Assembly: GCA_902779085.1 (NCBI GenBank)
Contig: CACYZY010000008.1
Location: 46,201-110,200, forward strand
DNA: 64,000 nucleotides
Direction of reading: 5' to 3'
Origin: an uncultured Bacteroidales bacterium
Lineage (GTDB): Bacteria; Bacteroidota; Bacteroidia; Bacteroidales; Bacteroidaceae
Positions 1 through 9,908 of the stretch are shown piece after piece. Each line of letters starts with the position of its first letter. Position 1 is the stretch's first letter. Under the pieces are notes generated by a model. The model ran no database searches. It worked only from the letters and a program-made list of their open reading frames with translations, and was not told the origin of the DNA. The position numbers and the translations under genes were made by a program.

Positions 1-198
1 CTTTACTTGCAACCAGATACATCAAGAGCATCAATCTTTTTCAAGGAAGGTTGTAAGGTTGTAGGTTATATTCATGGGAAAACTATTTTTGTCGCAACAT
101 TATTATAATAATTAGCCATATGGTTGTTAATAATTGCTGCATAGTTAGGGAACTTAAAATAAAAAACAAAAAAAGATAAGTAAAACGAGATTTTTTCT

Positions 199-206
199 TA
201 CTTTTG
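199..206 (+). promoter_or_regulatory. Bacteroidetes sigma70 -7 element (TACTTTTG) for fprA
   Basis: Exact TAnnTTTG match 28 nt upstream of the fprA ATG. Confidence 0.6.
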
Positions 207-233
207 CGTTTTGAAAACTTAAAATGATAAATA

Positions 234-1427
234 ATGAAAGATATTTCACTGCTGAAAGGCAAGATTCATTATGTGGGTGTGAACGACCGTAGCACCCATC
301 TTTTTGAGGGCATGTGGCCTATTCCTTACGGCGTATCATACAACTCATATCTTATCGACGATGAAAAGGTAGCCCTGATAGATACTGTAGAACTGGGCTA
401 TTTCGATATTTTCTTGCAGCATATCAAGGCTATCTTGGGCGAAAAGCCTATCGACTACCTGATAGTGAACCATATGGAACCTGACCATTCGAGCTCTATA
501 GCACTCATCAAGCAGTATTACCCTGAAGTGACGATTGTGGGCAATGCCAAGACTTTCGGCATGATTGACGGATACTATGGCGTTGAGAGCAAACGACTGG
601 TGGTGAAAGAGGGTGACTCCTTGGACCTGGGACACCACAAACTGGCGTTCTACATGGCGCCTATGGTGCACTGGCCTGAGGTGATGGTGACCTACGATGC
701 TACGGAGCAGGTGCTCTTCTCTGCTGATGCTTTCGGTACCTACGGAACAGTGGATGGCGGTCCGATAGACACGCAGATCAACCTCGACAAATATTGGGAC
801 GAGATGGTGCGCTACTATGCCAACATCGTGGGCAAGTATGGCACCCCTGTGCAGAAAGCTTTGCAGAAGCTGGGCGCATTGCCTATCCAGATGATTTGCT
901 CTACCCATGGTCCTGTGTGGACAGAGAATATCAGTAAGGTTATTGGCATTTATGACCGTCTGAGTCGCTATGATGCCGACAAGGGTGTGGTGATTGTATA
1001 TGGCAGTATGTACGGACATACCGAACAGATGGCTGAGCAACTGGCCCATCAGCTTACAGCTAAGGGTGTGAAGAATGTGGTGATGCACAATGTCAGCAAG
1101 AGTCATCCTTCATACATTTTGGCAGATATCTTCAAGTTTAACGGACTGATTATCGGTAGTCCGACCTATAATACGCAGCTTTATCCAGAGGTGGAGGCCA
1201 TATTGAGCAAAATCCTGATGCGCGACATAAAAGGCCGTTGCCTGGGCTGGTTCGGCTCTTTCAGCTGGGCAGGCAAGGCTGTGGGGCTACTGGGTGAGTT
1301 TGCCGAGAAGAGCCACTTTACTCTGGTGGGCGAGCCTGTGGAGATGAAGCAGGGCATGCTGGCGTCTGTAGAAGAACAGTGCGAGGCGTTGGCAGAAGCA
1401 ATGGCAGAAGCAATAAATAACAACTAA
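234..1427 (+). CDS. fprA: Flavodiiron protein (FprA family A-type flavoprotein)
   Basis: Metallo-beta-lactamase-like N-domain (HMEPDHS, HWPE, DAFG) plus C-terminal flavodoxin domain (YGSMYGHT, GSPTY); 397 aa. Confidence 0.93.
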   Translation: MKDISLLKGKIHYVGVNDRSTHLFEGMWPIPYGVSYNSYLIDDEKVALIDTVELGYFDIFLQHIKAILGEKPIDYLIVNHMEPDHSSSIALIKQYYPEVTIVGNAKTFGMIDGYYGVESKRLVVKEGDSLDLGHHKLAFYMAPMVHWPEVMVTYDATEQVLFSADAFGTYGTVDGGPIDTQINLDKYWDEMVRYYANIVGKYGTPVQKALQKLGALPIQMICSTHGPVWTENISKVIGIYDRLSRYDADKGVVIVYGSMYGHTEQMAEQLAHQLTAKGVKNVVMHNVSKSHPSYILADIFKFNGLIIGSPTYNTQLYPEVEAILSKILMRDIKGRCLGWFGSFSWAGKAVGLLGEFAEKSHFTLVGEPVEMKQGMLASVEEQCEALAEAMAEAINNN

Positions 1428-1452
1428 ATAAACGCATTAATTTTATTAGACT

Positions 1453-2247
1453 ATGAGAGTAATTATTGAACCGAATTATCAGTTGGTATCCAAATGGGCT
1501 GCCAACTATGTGGCTTCAAAAATCAATGCTGCAAAACCAACAGCTGAGAAGCCGTTTGTCTTAGGCTGTCCTACTGGTTCTTCCCCTCTGGGTATGTACC
1601 ACGAACTGATTGAACTGAACAAACAAGGCAAGGTGTCATTCGAGAACGTAGTGACATTTAATATGGACGAGTATGTCGGTCTGCCAAAGGAGCATCCGGA
1701 AAGCTATTATAGCTTTATGTGGAACAACTTCTTCAGTCACATCAATATCAAGGCTGAGAATACCAATATTCTGAATGGCAACGCTCCTGACCTGGAGGCT
1801 GAATGTGCTCGCTTCGAAGCAAAGATCAAGGCGTATGGTGGCGTTGACCTGTTCATGGGTGGCATTGGTCCAGACGGACACATCGCTTTCAACGAACCAG
1901 GTTCTTCACTGACTTCTCGCACTCGCCAGAAGACATTGACTACCGATACCATCATCGCTAACTCACGTTTCTTCGACAACGATGTGAACAAGGTGCCAAA
2001 GACAGCGCTGACCGTAGGTGTGGGCACTGTAATGGATGCCAAGGAAGTGATGATTATCGTCAATGGTCACAACAAGGCACGCGCTTTGCGTCATGCTGTT
2101 GAGGGGGCTGTTACCCATATGTGGACAGTAAGCGCTCTTCAGATGCATCCAAAAGGCATCATCGTTTGCGATGACGCTGCTTGCGATGAATTGAAAGTAG
2201 GTACTTATCGTTACTATAAAGACATTGAAGCAGGTAATCTGTTGTGA
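1453..2247 (+). CDS. nagB: Glucosamine-6-phosphate deaminase
   Basis: [34 protein letters not shown] motifs; 264 aa. Confidence 0.97.
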   Translation: MRVIIEPNYQLVSKWAANYVASKINAAKPTAEKPFVLGCPTGSSPLGMYHELIELNKQGKVSFENVVTFNMDEYVGLPKEHPESYYSFMWNNFFSHINIKAENTNILNGNAPDLEAECARFEAKIKAYGGVDLFMGGIGPDGHIAFNEPGSSLTSRTRQKTLTTDTIIANSRFFDNDVNKVPKTALTVGVGTVMDAKEVMIIVNGHNKARALRHAVEGAVTHMWTVSALQMHPKGIIVCDDAACDELKVGTYRYYKDIEAGNLL

Positions 2248-3038
2248 TTAAGGCACTGTTCTTCGATATAGACGGGACACTGGTGAGTTTCAAGACTCAC
2301 CAGATACCCGTTTCTACCGTGTCTGCCATTGCGGAGGCGAAAGCCCGCGGTGTGCAGATTTTTATTTCTACAGGGCGTCCCAAAATCATCATCAACAACC
2401 TGGCTGCCTTAGAAGACCGACAACTCATCGATGGCTATATCACCATGAACGGAGGCTATTGTTTTGCTGGTGATACCGTTATCAGCAAGCATCCTATCTC
2501 TCCGCATAGCGTGGAAATTATTACTCAATATGCTACGGAGAGGAAAATTCCTAACCTAGTGGTGGGGGAGCACAACATGGTGATTTGTGACAAGGGTGAG
2601 ATATTCGAGGAGTTGTTCTACAGACAACTGAAGGTGGGCGTCCAACTGGAGGAGAAGACTGTGGAAGAGGCCATTGCCGAAGGCAAGGACATTATCCAAC
2701 TTACTACCTTCATTACCAAAGAACAAGAGGCAGAGTTACAACCTATGGTGCCCGATTGTGAAATGGGGCGCTGGCATCCTGCCTTTGTCGATATCACGGC
2801 ACAGGGGTGCACCAAGCAGCAAGGCATTGACGAAATGATTCGCCACTTTGGCATCAGTTTGGACGAGACGATGTCGTTTGGTGATGGTGGCAACGACATA
2901 CCCATGATACAACATGCAGCTATTGGTGTGGCGATGGGCAATGCCTTAGACAGTGTAAAAGCTGTGGCCGACTACATTACTGATACCGTTGACAATGACG
3001 GCATAGCGAAAGCGCTTCGTCATTATGGCGTAATATAA
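2244..3038 (+). CDS. Cof-type HAD-IIB family hydrolase
   Basis: [19 protein letters not shown] motifs; GTG start overlaps the nagB stop (GTGA). Confidence 0.9.
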   Translation: MIKALFFDIDGTLVSFKTHQIPVSTVSAIAEAKARGVQIFISTGRPKIIINNLAALEDRQLIDGYITMNGGYCFAGDTVISKHPISPHSVEIITQYATERKIPNLVVGEHNMVICDKGEIFEELFYRQLKVGVQLEEKTVEEAIAEGKDIIQLTTFITKEQEAELQPMVPDCEMGRWHPAFVDITAQGCTKQQGIDEMIRHFGISLDETMSFGDGGNDIPMIQHAAIGVAMGNALDSVKAVADYITDTVDNDGIAKALRHYGVI

Positions 3039-3045
3039 TTCATTC

Positions 3046-4791
3046 ATGAACAATGTTCAGCAAAATAAGGAGAATGTGAATTGGCAGAATGCCATGAATC
3101 TGGTGAAATACACTCACCAGTCGGTGTTCCTCACAGGAAAGGCAGGTTCTGGCAAAAGCACGTTCCTCAAACAGGTATGTCAGGAAACCAAGAAGAAATA
3201 TGTGGTGTTGGCACCTACCGGCATCGCTGCTATCAACGCCGAAGGCTGTACGTTGCATAGCTTCTTCAAATTGCCTTTCTATCCCTTGTTGCCTGATGAT
3301 CCCAATTTGTCATTGCAACGAGGACGCATCCATGAGTTTTTCAAATACAGCAAGTCGCACCGCAAGTTGCTCGAAGAGCTGGAACTTGTCATCATCGATG
3401 AGATTTCCATGGTGCGCGCAGACATTATCGATGCTGTCGATCGTATCTTGCGTGTCTATTCCCACAACCTGCGTGAGCCATTTGGCGGCAAGCAGTTGTT
3501 GCTGGTAGGCGATGCCTTCCAACTGGAACCTGTGGTGAAAGCCGACGAGCGCGACATCATCAACCGTTTCTATCCCAATCCCTACTTCTTCTCGGCTCAT
3601 GTGTTCAGTCAGATTGAGCTGGTGGCAGTAGAACTGACCCATGTCTATCGGCAGAGTGACCCCGTGTTTGTGGGAGTGCTCGACCATATCCGCAACAATA
3701 CTGCCACAGCCCATGACTTGCAACTGCTCAACACCCGTTTTGGCAAGTCTGTTGTTCACGATGAGAAAGATCTGTATATCACTCTGGCTACCCGTCGCGA
3801 TCAGGTAGATTATATCAACGATAAGAAATTGGCTGAGTTGCCTGGTGACCCCGTAACGTTTAGGGGTATTATTCACGGTGACTTTCCCGAAAACAGTTTG
3901 CCCACCTCGTTGGAACTGGTTGTAAAGCCAGGGGCACAGGTTATCTTTGTCAAGAACGATTTCGACAAACGCTGGGTGAATGGCACCATTGGTACCATTA
4001 TGGGCTTCGATACTGAAGAAGAAACCCTTTATATCCTTACCGATGATGGTGATGAGGTGGATGTGAAACCTGAATCATGGCGTAATATACGCTATACATA
4101 CAACGAAGAAAAGAAAGAAATAGAAGAGGAGGAACTGGGTACGTTTACGCAGTTTCCCATCCGTTTGGCGTGGGCCATTACCGTACACAAGAGCCAGGGC
4201 CTGACATTCAGTCGTGTGGTGATAGATTTCACTGGTGGTGTGTTTGCTGGTGGACAAGCCTATGTGGCACTGAGCCGATGCACCTCGTTGGAGGGCATTC
4301 AGCTCACCAACCAACTCAGTCGTAGCGATATTTTTGTGCGAGCAGAGATAACCCAGTTTGCCAAGCGCTTCAACAACCAGCAAGCGGTGGATAAAGCCCT
4401 GAAGGAGGCACGTGCCGACATAGAATACATAGCTGCATCCAAGGCGTTTGATAAGGGTGATTTCCAACAATTCCTCGATTCGTTCTTCAAGGCCATTCAT
4501 ACCCGTTATGACATCGAGAAGCCTTTGGTACAAAGGTTTATCCGTCGTAAGTTGTCTGTCATCAATATGTTGCGTAGTGAAGTGGCCCAACTCAAACAAG
4601 AGGCGCAAGAAAAAGAGAAAGCTCTATTGAAGTATGCCCGTGAGTATGTGCAGATGGGTGATGAATGCATGAAGCACGATATGCCTGAGGCGGCATTGCG
4701 TAACTATGACAAGGCAGTGACACTTTGTCCTCAGTATAAGGAGGCTTGGAAGAAAATCAAGAAAACGGAGAAAATGATGAAAAACAGATAG
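3046..4791 (+). CDS. PIF1/RecD-like SF1B helicase with C-terminal TPR-like helical region
   Basis: Walker A GKAGSGKS, DEISM, GDAFQL, TVHKSQG, YVALSR; C-terminal AREYVQMG...YDKAVTLCPQY TPR-like repeat. Confidence 0.88.
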   Translation: MNNVQQNKENVNWQNAMNLVKYTHQSVFLTGKAGSGKSTFLKQVCQETKKKYVVLAPTGIAAINAEGCTLHSFFKLPFYPLLPDDPNLSLQRGRIHEFFKYSKSHRKLLEELELVIIDEISMVRADIIDAVDRILRVYSHNLREPFGGKQLLLVGDAFQLEPVVKADERDIINRFYPNPYFFSAHVFSQIELVAVELTHVYRQSDPVFVGVLDHIRNNTATAHDLQLLNTRFGKSVVHDEKDLYITLATRRDQVDYINDKKLAELPGDPVTFRGIIHGDFPENSLPTSLELVVKPGAQVIFVKNDFDKRWVNGTIGTIMGFDTEEETLYILTDDGDEVDVKPESWRNIRYTYNEEKKEIEEEELGTFTQFPIRLAWAITVHKSQGLTFSRVVIDFTGGVFAGGQAYVALSRCTSLEGIQLTNQLSRSDIFVRAEITQFAKRFNNQQAVDKALKEARADIEYIAASKAFDKGDFQQFLDSFFKAIHTRYDIEKPLVQRFIRRKLSVINMLRSEVAQLKQEAQEKEKALLKYAREYVQMGDECMKHDMPEAALRNYDKAVTLCPQYKEAWKKIKKTEKMMKNR

Positions 4792-4830
4792 AAACGGAGT
4801 GTGCTTCGTTTCCCAAAGAGCAAAGATAGT

Positions 4831-5442
4831 ATGATACTGAAACTCTATGAAAAAAACAACAATCCTGCCGATATACAGCAGGTGGTAGATGTACTCAACG
4901 ACAGTGGCATTATCATCATGCCCACCGATACTAAGTATGCTTTGGCTTGCAATGCCTTGAAGGAGCGTGCGGTGGAACAAATATGCCGTCTGAAGAACAT
5001 TGACCCGCGCAAGAACCATCTTTCGGTGATTTGCTACGACATGAGTACCATCAGCGAATATGCTAAGGTGGACAACAACTCGTTCAAGTTGATGAAGAGA
5101 AATCTTCCAGGACCCTTTACCTTCATCCTCAACGCCACGAGTCGTTTGCCCCGCATCTTTCGCAACCGCAAGGAGGTGGGCTTCCGTATGCCTGATAATC
5201 CCATTGTGCGTGAGATATGCAGTGTGCTCGATGCTCCGTTGATGGTGGCATCGGTGCCTTTCAGTGAAGATGAGGTAGATTATCTTATCAACCCAGAGTT
5301 GATGGACGAGCGCTTGGGCAACCAGGTAGATATTGTCATCGATGGAGGCTTTGGCGACACCGTGGGCTCTGCCGTCATCGACTGCACTACGGATGAGCCC
5401 GAGGTGTTACGTGAAGGACCCAAAGAATTAGATTTCGGATAA
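4831..5442 (+). CDS. Sua5/YciO/YrdC family protein (threonylcarbamoyl-AMP synthase-like)
   Basis: PTDTKY, LPGPFTFIL, GFRMP, S-x-VID motifs; ATG at 4831 preferred over GTG at 4801. Confidence 0.85.
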   Translation: MILKLYEKNNNPADIQQVVDVLNDSGIIIMPTDTKYALACNALKERAVEQICRLKNIDPRKNHLSVICYDMSTISEYAKVDNNSFKLMKRNLPGPFTFILNATSRLPRIFRNRKEVGFRMPDNPIVREICSVLDAPLMVASVPFSEDEVDYLINPELMDERLGNQVDIVIDGGFGDTVGSAVIDCTTDEPEVLREGPKELDFG

Positions 5443-5455
5443 AATAGTACCATTT

Positions 5456-8400
5456 ATGAAAATAAAGTCAATCCTTTCAGCATTATCACTCACGCTGGCC
5501 GTGGGCGTAGCAGCGCAGGAGAATCCCCTGTGGATGCGTCATAACGCCATCTCCCCTGATGGCACAGTTATCGCCTTCTCTTATAAAGGTGATATCTTTA
5601 CCGTACCCGTAAGTGGTGGCAAAGCTACCCAACTTACCACTAATGCCGCACAAGACTCTTATCCTGTATGGAGTCCTGACAGCAAGCAGATTATCTTTGC
5701 TTCTGCCCGTGAAGGTGGCTACGACCTCTATATCATGAGTCGTGATGGAGGTACCCCTCGTCGTCTCACCACCCATTCTGGCAATGAGTTGCCTATGGCG
5801 TTTTTGGATGCCAACACCGTTTTGTTCCAAGCAAATCTGATGCCTGATGCAGAGTCGGTTATCTTCCCTCAACGCTACCAACAGGTCTATACAGTAAGCA
5901 CCCAGGGTGGACGTCCTCATCTGTTCTCTTCAGTGACATTGGAAGATGTCAATGTGGGCAAGAACGGCGTGTTGCTCTATCACGACAGAAAAGGTATGGA
6001 AGACCAGTGGCGCAAGCATCACGAGTCGTCTGTGACACGCGATGTGTGGATGGCTACCCCAAAAGGAAAGGCCTATGAATACAAGCAACTCACTACCTAC
6101 TACGGCGAGGACCGCAACCCTGTGTGGGCACCCGACGGACAGTCATTCTACTACTTAAGTGAGCAGAAAGGCACTTTCAACGTGTTCAAACGCAATATCA
6201 ACGGTAATGCTGATGAGCAACTTACCAGTTTGAAGGATCATCCTGTACGTTTCCTCAGCGTGGCTAACAATGGTACCCTGTGCTTTGGCTACAATGGCGA
6301 ACTCTATACATTAAAAGAAGGTGCACAACCTCAGAAAGTTAATGTCACAGTAGTGACCGACCGCAACGACAAAGACTTGATTCGTCAAGTGCAGAGCCGT
6401 GGGGCTACTGATGTAGCCGTATCACCTAATGGCAAGGAAGTGGCTTTCATCATGCATGGCGATGTGTATGTGACCTCTGTTGAGTACAAGACCACCAAGC
6501 GCATTACCGATACCCCTCAGCAAGAGCGTGGCATAGACTTCGCTCCTGATGGCCGTGCGTTGGTTTATGCCGCTGAGCGCGATGGCTATTGGCAGATCTA
6601 TCAGGCCAAGTTGGGCAAGGCTGACGAGAAACTATTCACCTATGCTACCGACATTCAGGAAGAGCGTCTCACCAATACCAAGATAACGTCTTTCCAACCT
6701 TATTATAGTCCTGATGGTAAGAAGGTAGCTTTCTTGGAGAACCGCACCACCTTGCGCGTCATCGACCTCGCTACAAAGAAGGTGGTTACCGCTATGGATG
6801 GCAAGTATGAATACAGTTACAGCGATGGCGACCAGTGGTTCCAGTGGAGTCCTGACAGTCGTTGGTTGCTTACCAATTACATAGGCTTTGGAGGTTGGAA
6901 CAATAAGGATGTGGCGCTGGTCAATGCTTCTGGCAATGGCGAGATACACAACCTCACCCAAAGTGGCTACAATGATGTTAGTGCCAAATGGGTATTAGGT
7001 GGCAAGGCGATGATTTTTGCTTCTGACCGTTCCGGTTATCGAAGTCATGGTAGCTGGGGTGCTGAGGATGATGTCTATATTATGTTCTTCGATCTTGATG
7101 CCTACGAGCAGTTCCGTCAGACCAAGGAAGAAACCGCTCTGCGTGAAGAAGCCGAGAAAGACAAAGATAAGGATGACAAAGCTACTGATAAGAAAAATGC
7201 TAAAGACACCCCATCAAAGGATAATGGTCAGCCAGAAAAGAAGGACGTTGAACCTTTGAAGTTTGACTTCGACAACTGCAAGGACCGTGTGATACGTCTC
7301 ACCGTCAACTCCTCCCATTTGGCAGATGCTGTGCTCAACACCAAGGGCGACAAACTCTATTACACAGCTTCGTTCGAGGCTGGAGCCGATCTCTGGATGC
7401 ACGATCTCAAGGAGGGCAGTACTTCTATCGTGCTGAAGAATGTAGGTCGTGCCGAACTTGTTCCAGATAAGGATTTCAAGAAACTCTACCTCGCTACCCA
7501 AGGTGGCATTAAAGAAGTGGACCTCGAAAAGAAGAGCAGCAAAAACCTAGACTTTGAGGCAAACTTCAATTATCGTCCTGCTGATGAGCGGGCTTATCTG
7601 TTCGACCATATCTGGCAACAGGTACTCGATAAGTTCTATGACGTCAACCTGCATAAAACCGACTGGAACAAGATGCGTGATAACTATCGCCGTTTCTTGC
7701 CATATATCAATAACAACTACGACTTTGCCGAGATGACCAGCGAGATGTTGGGTGAACTCAATGCATCACATACTGGTACCCGATACAGCCCTGCTGGTCC
7801 ACAGCTTACCACTGCTTCCTTAGGCTTGTTCTATGACTGGAGCTATACAGGTGATGGACTCAAGGTGAAAGAGGTGGTTGCCAAAGGTCCTTTTGCCGTG
7901 AAGAAGACCGAAGTAGGCGAGGGTAGCATCATCGAGAAGATTGACGGTCAACCTATTGGCAAGGATACCGACTATTATCCTATGCTCGATGGCAAAGCAG
8001 GCAAGCCAGTACGTGTGAGCGTCTATAACCCCAGCACAGGCAAGCGGTTCGATGTGACTGTAAAGCCTGTATCAGCTTCCGAACTCACCGATTTGCTCTA
8101 CAAACGTTGGGTAGATCGTAACAAGAAGTTGGTCGAGAAGCTCTCAGGTGGCAAGGTGGCCTATGTGCATGTACGCGCTATGGACAGTCCTTCGTTCCGC
8201 CAGGTATATGCCGACATCCTCTCCGATGAGAACCGCCAGAAGCAGGCCGTCATTGTCGATGAGCGCAACAACGGCGGTGGTTGGTTGCACGATGACCTCT
8301 GCACCTTGCTCGCAGGTAAGGAGTACCAGCATTTCGTACCTCGTAACCAGTACATCGGCTACGACCCTTATAACAAGTGGACCAAACCATCATGCGTGCT

Positions 8401-8707
8401 GATTTGCGAGAACGACTATAGTAATGGTCACGGCTTCCCTTGGGTATATAAGACCTTGGGCATCGGCAAACTCATCGGCTCACCCGTGGCAGGTACCATG
8501 ACCGCAGTTTGGTGGGAGACGCTGATGGACAACACCCTTGTGTTTGGCATCCCACAGGTAGGTTGTGTGGATATGAATGGCGTCTATCAGGAAAACACCG
8601 AGCTGAAGCCGGATATCACCGTTTATAACACCCCAGAGGATGTGATGAATGGCTACGACCGCCAATTGGAGACCGCTGTTAAAGAAATGATGAAAACTGT
8701 TAAGTAA
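5456..8707 (+). CDS. Tricorn-like S41 peptidase (signal peptide, PD40 beta-propellers, PDZ, S41)
   Basis: Repeated SPDG/SPDS motifs, EMLGELNASHTG, DERNNGGGWLH; 1083 aa. Confidence 0.92.
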   Translation: MKIKSILSALSLTLAVGVAAQENPLWMRHNAISPDGTVIAFSYKGDIFTVPVSGGKATQLTTNAAQDSYPVWSPDSKQIIFASAREGGYDLYIMSRDGGTPRRLTTHSGNELPMAFLDANTVLFQANLMPDAESVIFPQRYQQVYTVSTQGGRPHLFSSVTLEDVNVGKNGVLLYHDRKGMEDQWRKHHESSVTRDVWMATPKGKAYEYKQLTTYYGEDRNPVWAPDGQSFYYLSEQKGTFNVFKRNINGNADEQLTSLKDHPVRFLSVANNGTLCFGYNGELYTLKEGAQPQKVNVTVVTDRNDKDLIRQVQSRGATDVAVSPNGKEVAFIMHGDVYVTSVEYKTTKRITDTPQQERGIDFAPDGRALVYAAERDGYWQIYQAKLGKADEKLFTYATDIQEERLTNTKITSFQPYYSPDGKKVAFLENRTTLRVIDLATKKVVTAMDGKYEYSYSDGDQWFQWSPDSRWLLTNYIGFGGWNNKDVALVNASGNGEIHNLTQSGYNDVSAKWVLGGKAMIFASDRSGYRSHGSWGAEDDVYIMFFDLDAYEQFRQTKEETALREEAEKDKDKDDKATDKKNAKDTPSKDNGQPEKKDVEPLKFDFDNCKDRVIRLTVNSSHLADAVLNTKGDKLYYTASFEAGADLWMHDLKEGSTSIVLKNVGRAELVPDKDFKKLYLATQGGIKEVDLEKKSSKNLDFEANFNYRPADERAYLFDHIWQQVLDKFYDVNLHKTDWNKMRDNYRRFLPYINNNYDFAEMTSEMLGELNASHTGTRYSPAGPQLTTASLGLFYDWSYTGDGLKVKEVVAKGPFAVKKTEVGEGSIIEKIDGQPIGKDTDYYPMLDGKAGKPVRVSVYNPSTGKRFDVTVKPVSASELTDLLYKRWVDRNKKLVEKLSGGKVAYVHVRAMDSPSFRQVYADILSDENRQKQAVIVDERNNGGGWLHDDLCTLLAGKEYQHFVPRNQYIGYDPYNKWTKPSCVLICENDYSNGHGFPWVYKTLGIGKLIGSPVAGTMTAVWWETLMDNTLVFGIPQVGCVDMNGVYQENTELKPDITVYNTPEDVMNGYDRQLETAVKEMMKTVK

Positions 8708-8792
8708 AGAGATGGCTTCCTCCTCAAGTTCCTCCCCGCAACGGGGAGGTACCCTGATGGGCAGAGGGTTATGATAGCCGTCAAAAAGTAAT

Positions 8793-9650
8793 ATGAAAAG
8801 AACTGCTATAATTTTGCTGCATTGCCCCGACAGACCAGGCATCATCTCCGATGTCACCAACTTCATCACCGTCAATCAGGGCAACATCATCTACCTCGAC
8901 CAGTATGTCGATAGGGTAGAGAACGTATTTTTCATGCGTATAGAGTGGCAACTCGAGAAGTTTGCCATTCCTGAAGAAAAGATAGAAGACTATTTCAACA
9001 CTCTCTATGGTCAGAAGTACCAGATGCATTTCCGACTGTATTTCTCCGACCAGAAGCCCCGCATGGCCATCTTTGTATCTAAGATGTCGCACTGTCTTTA
9101 TGACCTGTTAGCGCGTTATAGCGCAGGCGAGTGGGATGTGGAGATTCCTCTCATTATCAGCAACCATGAAGATATGCGACCAGTAGCGCAGAAGTTCGGC
9201 ATTCCTTATTTCTGTCTGCCCATCACCAAGGAAAACAAGGCAAAGCAGGAGGAAGTCGAGATGCAACTCTTGCGCGACAATGGCATTACTTTTATCGTCT
9301 TGGCACGTTATATGCAGGTCATCTCTGAAGAAATGATTGCTCACTACCGCCATAAGATTATCAACATCCATCACTCGTTTTTGCCCGCATTTATCGGTGC
9401 TAAGCCCTATCATGCTGCTTTTGAGCGTGGCGTGAAGATCATTGGCGCTACCGCCCACTACATCACTACCGAGCTGGATGCAGGTCCTATCATTGAGCAA
9501 GATGTTGTGCGTGTCACCCATAAAGACACCATCGAGACATTAGTCAACAAAGGCAAAGACCTCGAGAAGATTGTCCTCTCCCGAGCTGTGCAGAAACATA
9601 TCGAGCGCAAGATACTTACCTTTAAGAACAAAACAGTGATCTTTAACTAA
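8793..9650 (+). CDS. purU: Formyltetrahydrofolate deformylase
   Basis: ACT domain CPDRPGI; INIHHSFLPAFIGAKPYH; LDAGPIIEQDV. Confidence 0.96.
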   Translation: MKRTAIILLHCPDRPGIISDVTNFITVNQGNIIYLDQYVDRVENVFFMRIEWQLEKFAIPEEKIEDYFNTLYGQKYQMHFRLYFSDQKPRMAIFVSKMSHCLYDLLARYSAGEWDVEIPLIISNHEDMRPVAQKFGIPYFCLPITKENKAKQEEVEMQLLRDNGITFIVLARYMQVISEEMIAHYRHKIINIHHSFLPAFIGAKPYHAAFERGVKIIGATAHYITTELDAGPIIEQDVVRVTHKDTIETLVNKGKDLEKIVLSRAVQKHIERKILTFKNKTVIFN

Positions 9651-9679
9651 CCATTAAGTGTTGACGCTCATATCTAACG

Positions 9680-9720
9680 AGAACCGTTCTTATATTGGAC
9701 AAGAACGGTTCTTGTTTTTT
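9680..9720 (+). terminator. Intrinsic terminator after purU
   Basis: 12-bp stem AGAACCGTTCTT/AAGAACGGTTCT followed by TGTTTTTT. Confidence 0.75.
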
Positions 9721-9908
9721 CTCTCCTGTTAGTAAATTGCTAACACTGCTGAAAAATACTATTATGGTAGGTTATATGAGAAAAACGAGCGAATCAACCT
9801 TTATAATGCTATAGAATAGTGTTGTAAAACAAGTTTTTGCACTTAAAATTTGGCAATATGGCAGAATGTTACTATTTTTACAAGATAAATAGTAAGACTA
9901 GATAAAGG

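Noticed and set aside
1-108. Frame open from the window edge (35 codons, stop at 106-108)
   Set aside because: Too short and no recognisable motif; cannot be supported as the tail of an upstream gene.
345-1106. 253-aa - strand ORF (likewise 35874-36536, 37364-38062, 45800-46510, 3310-3876, 4075-4608)
   Set aside because: Antisense shadows of well-supported genes, with unnatural H/V/L/S-rich composition and no independent promoter or motif.
9713-9908. Invertible promoter (Bacteroides-type inverton) in this or other long intergenic gaps
   Set aside because: No pair of long inverted repeats flanking a 100-300-bp promoter segment, and no recombinase in the window.
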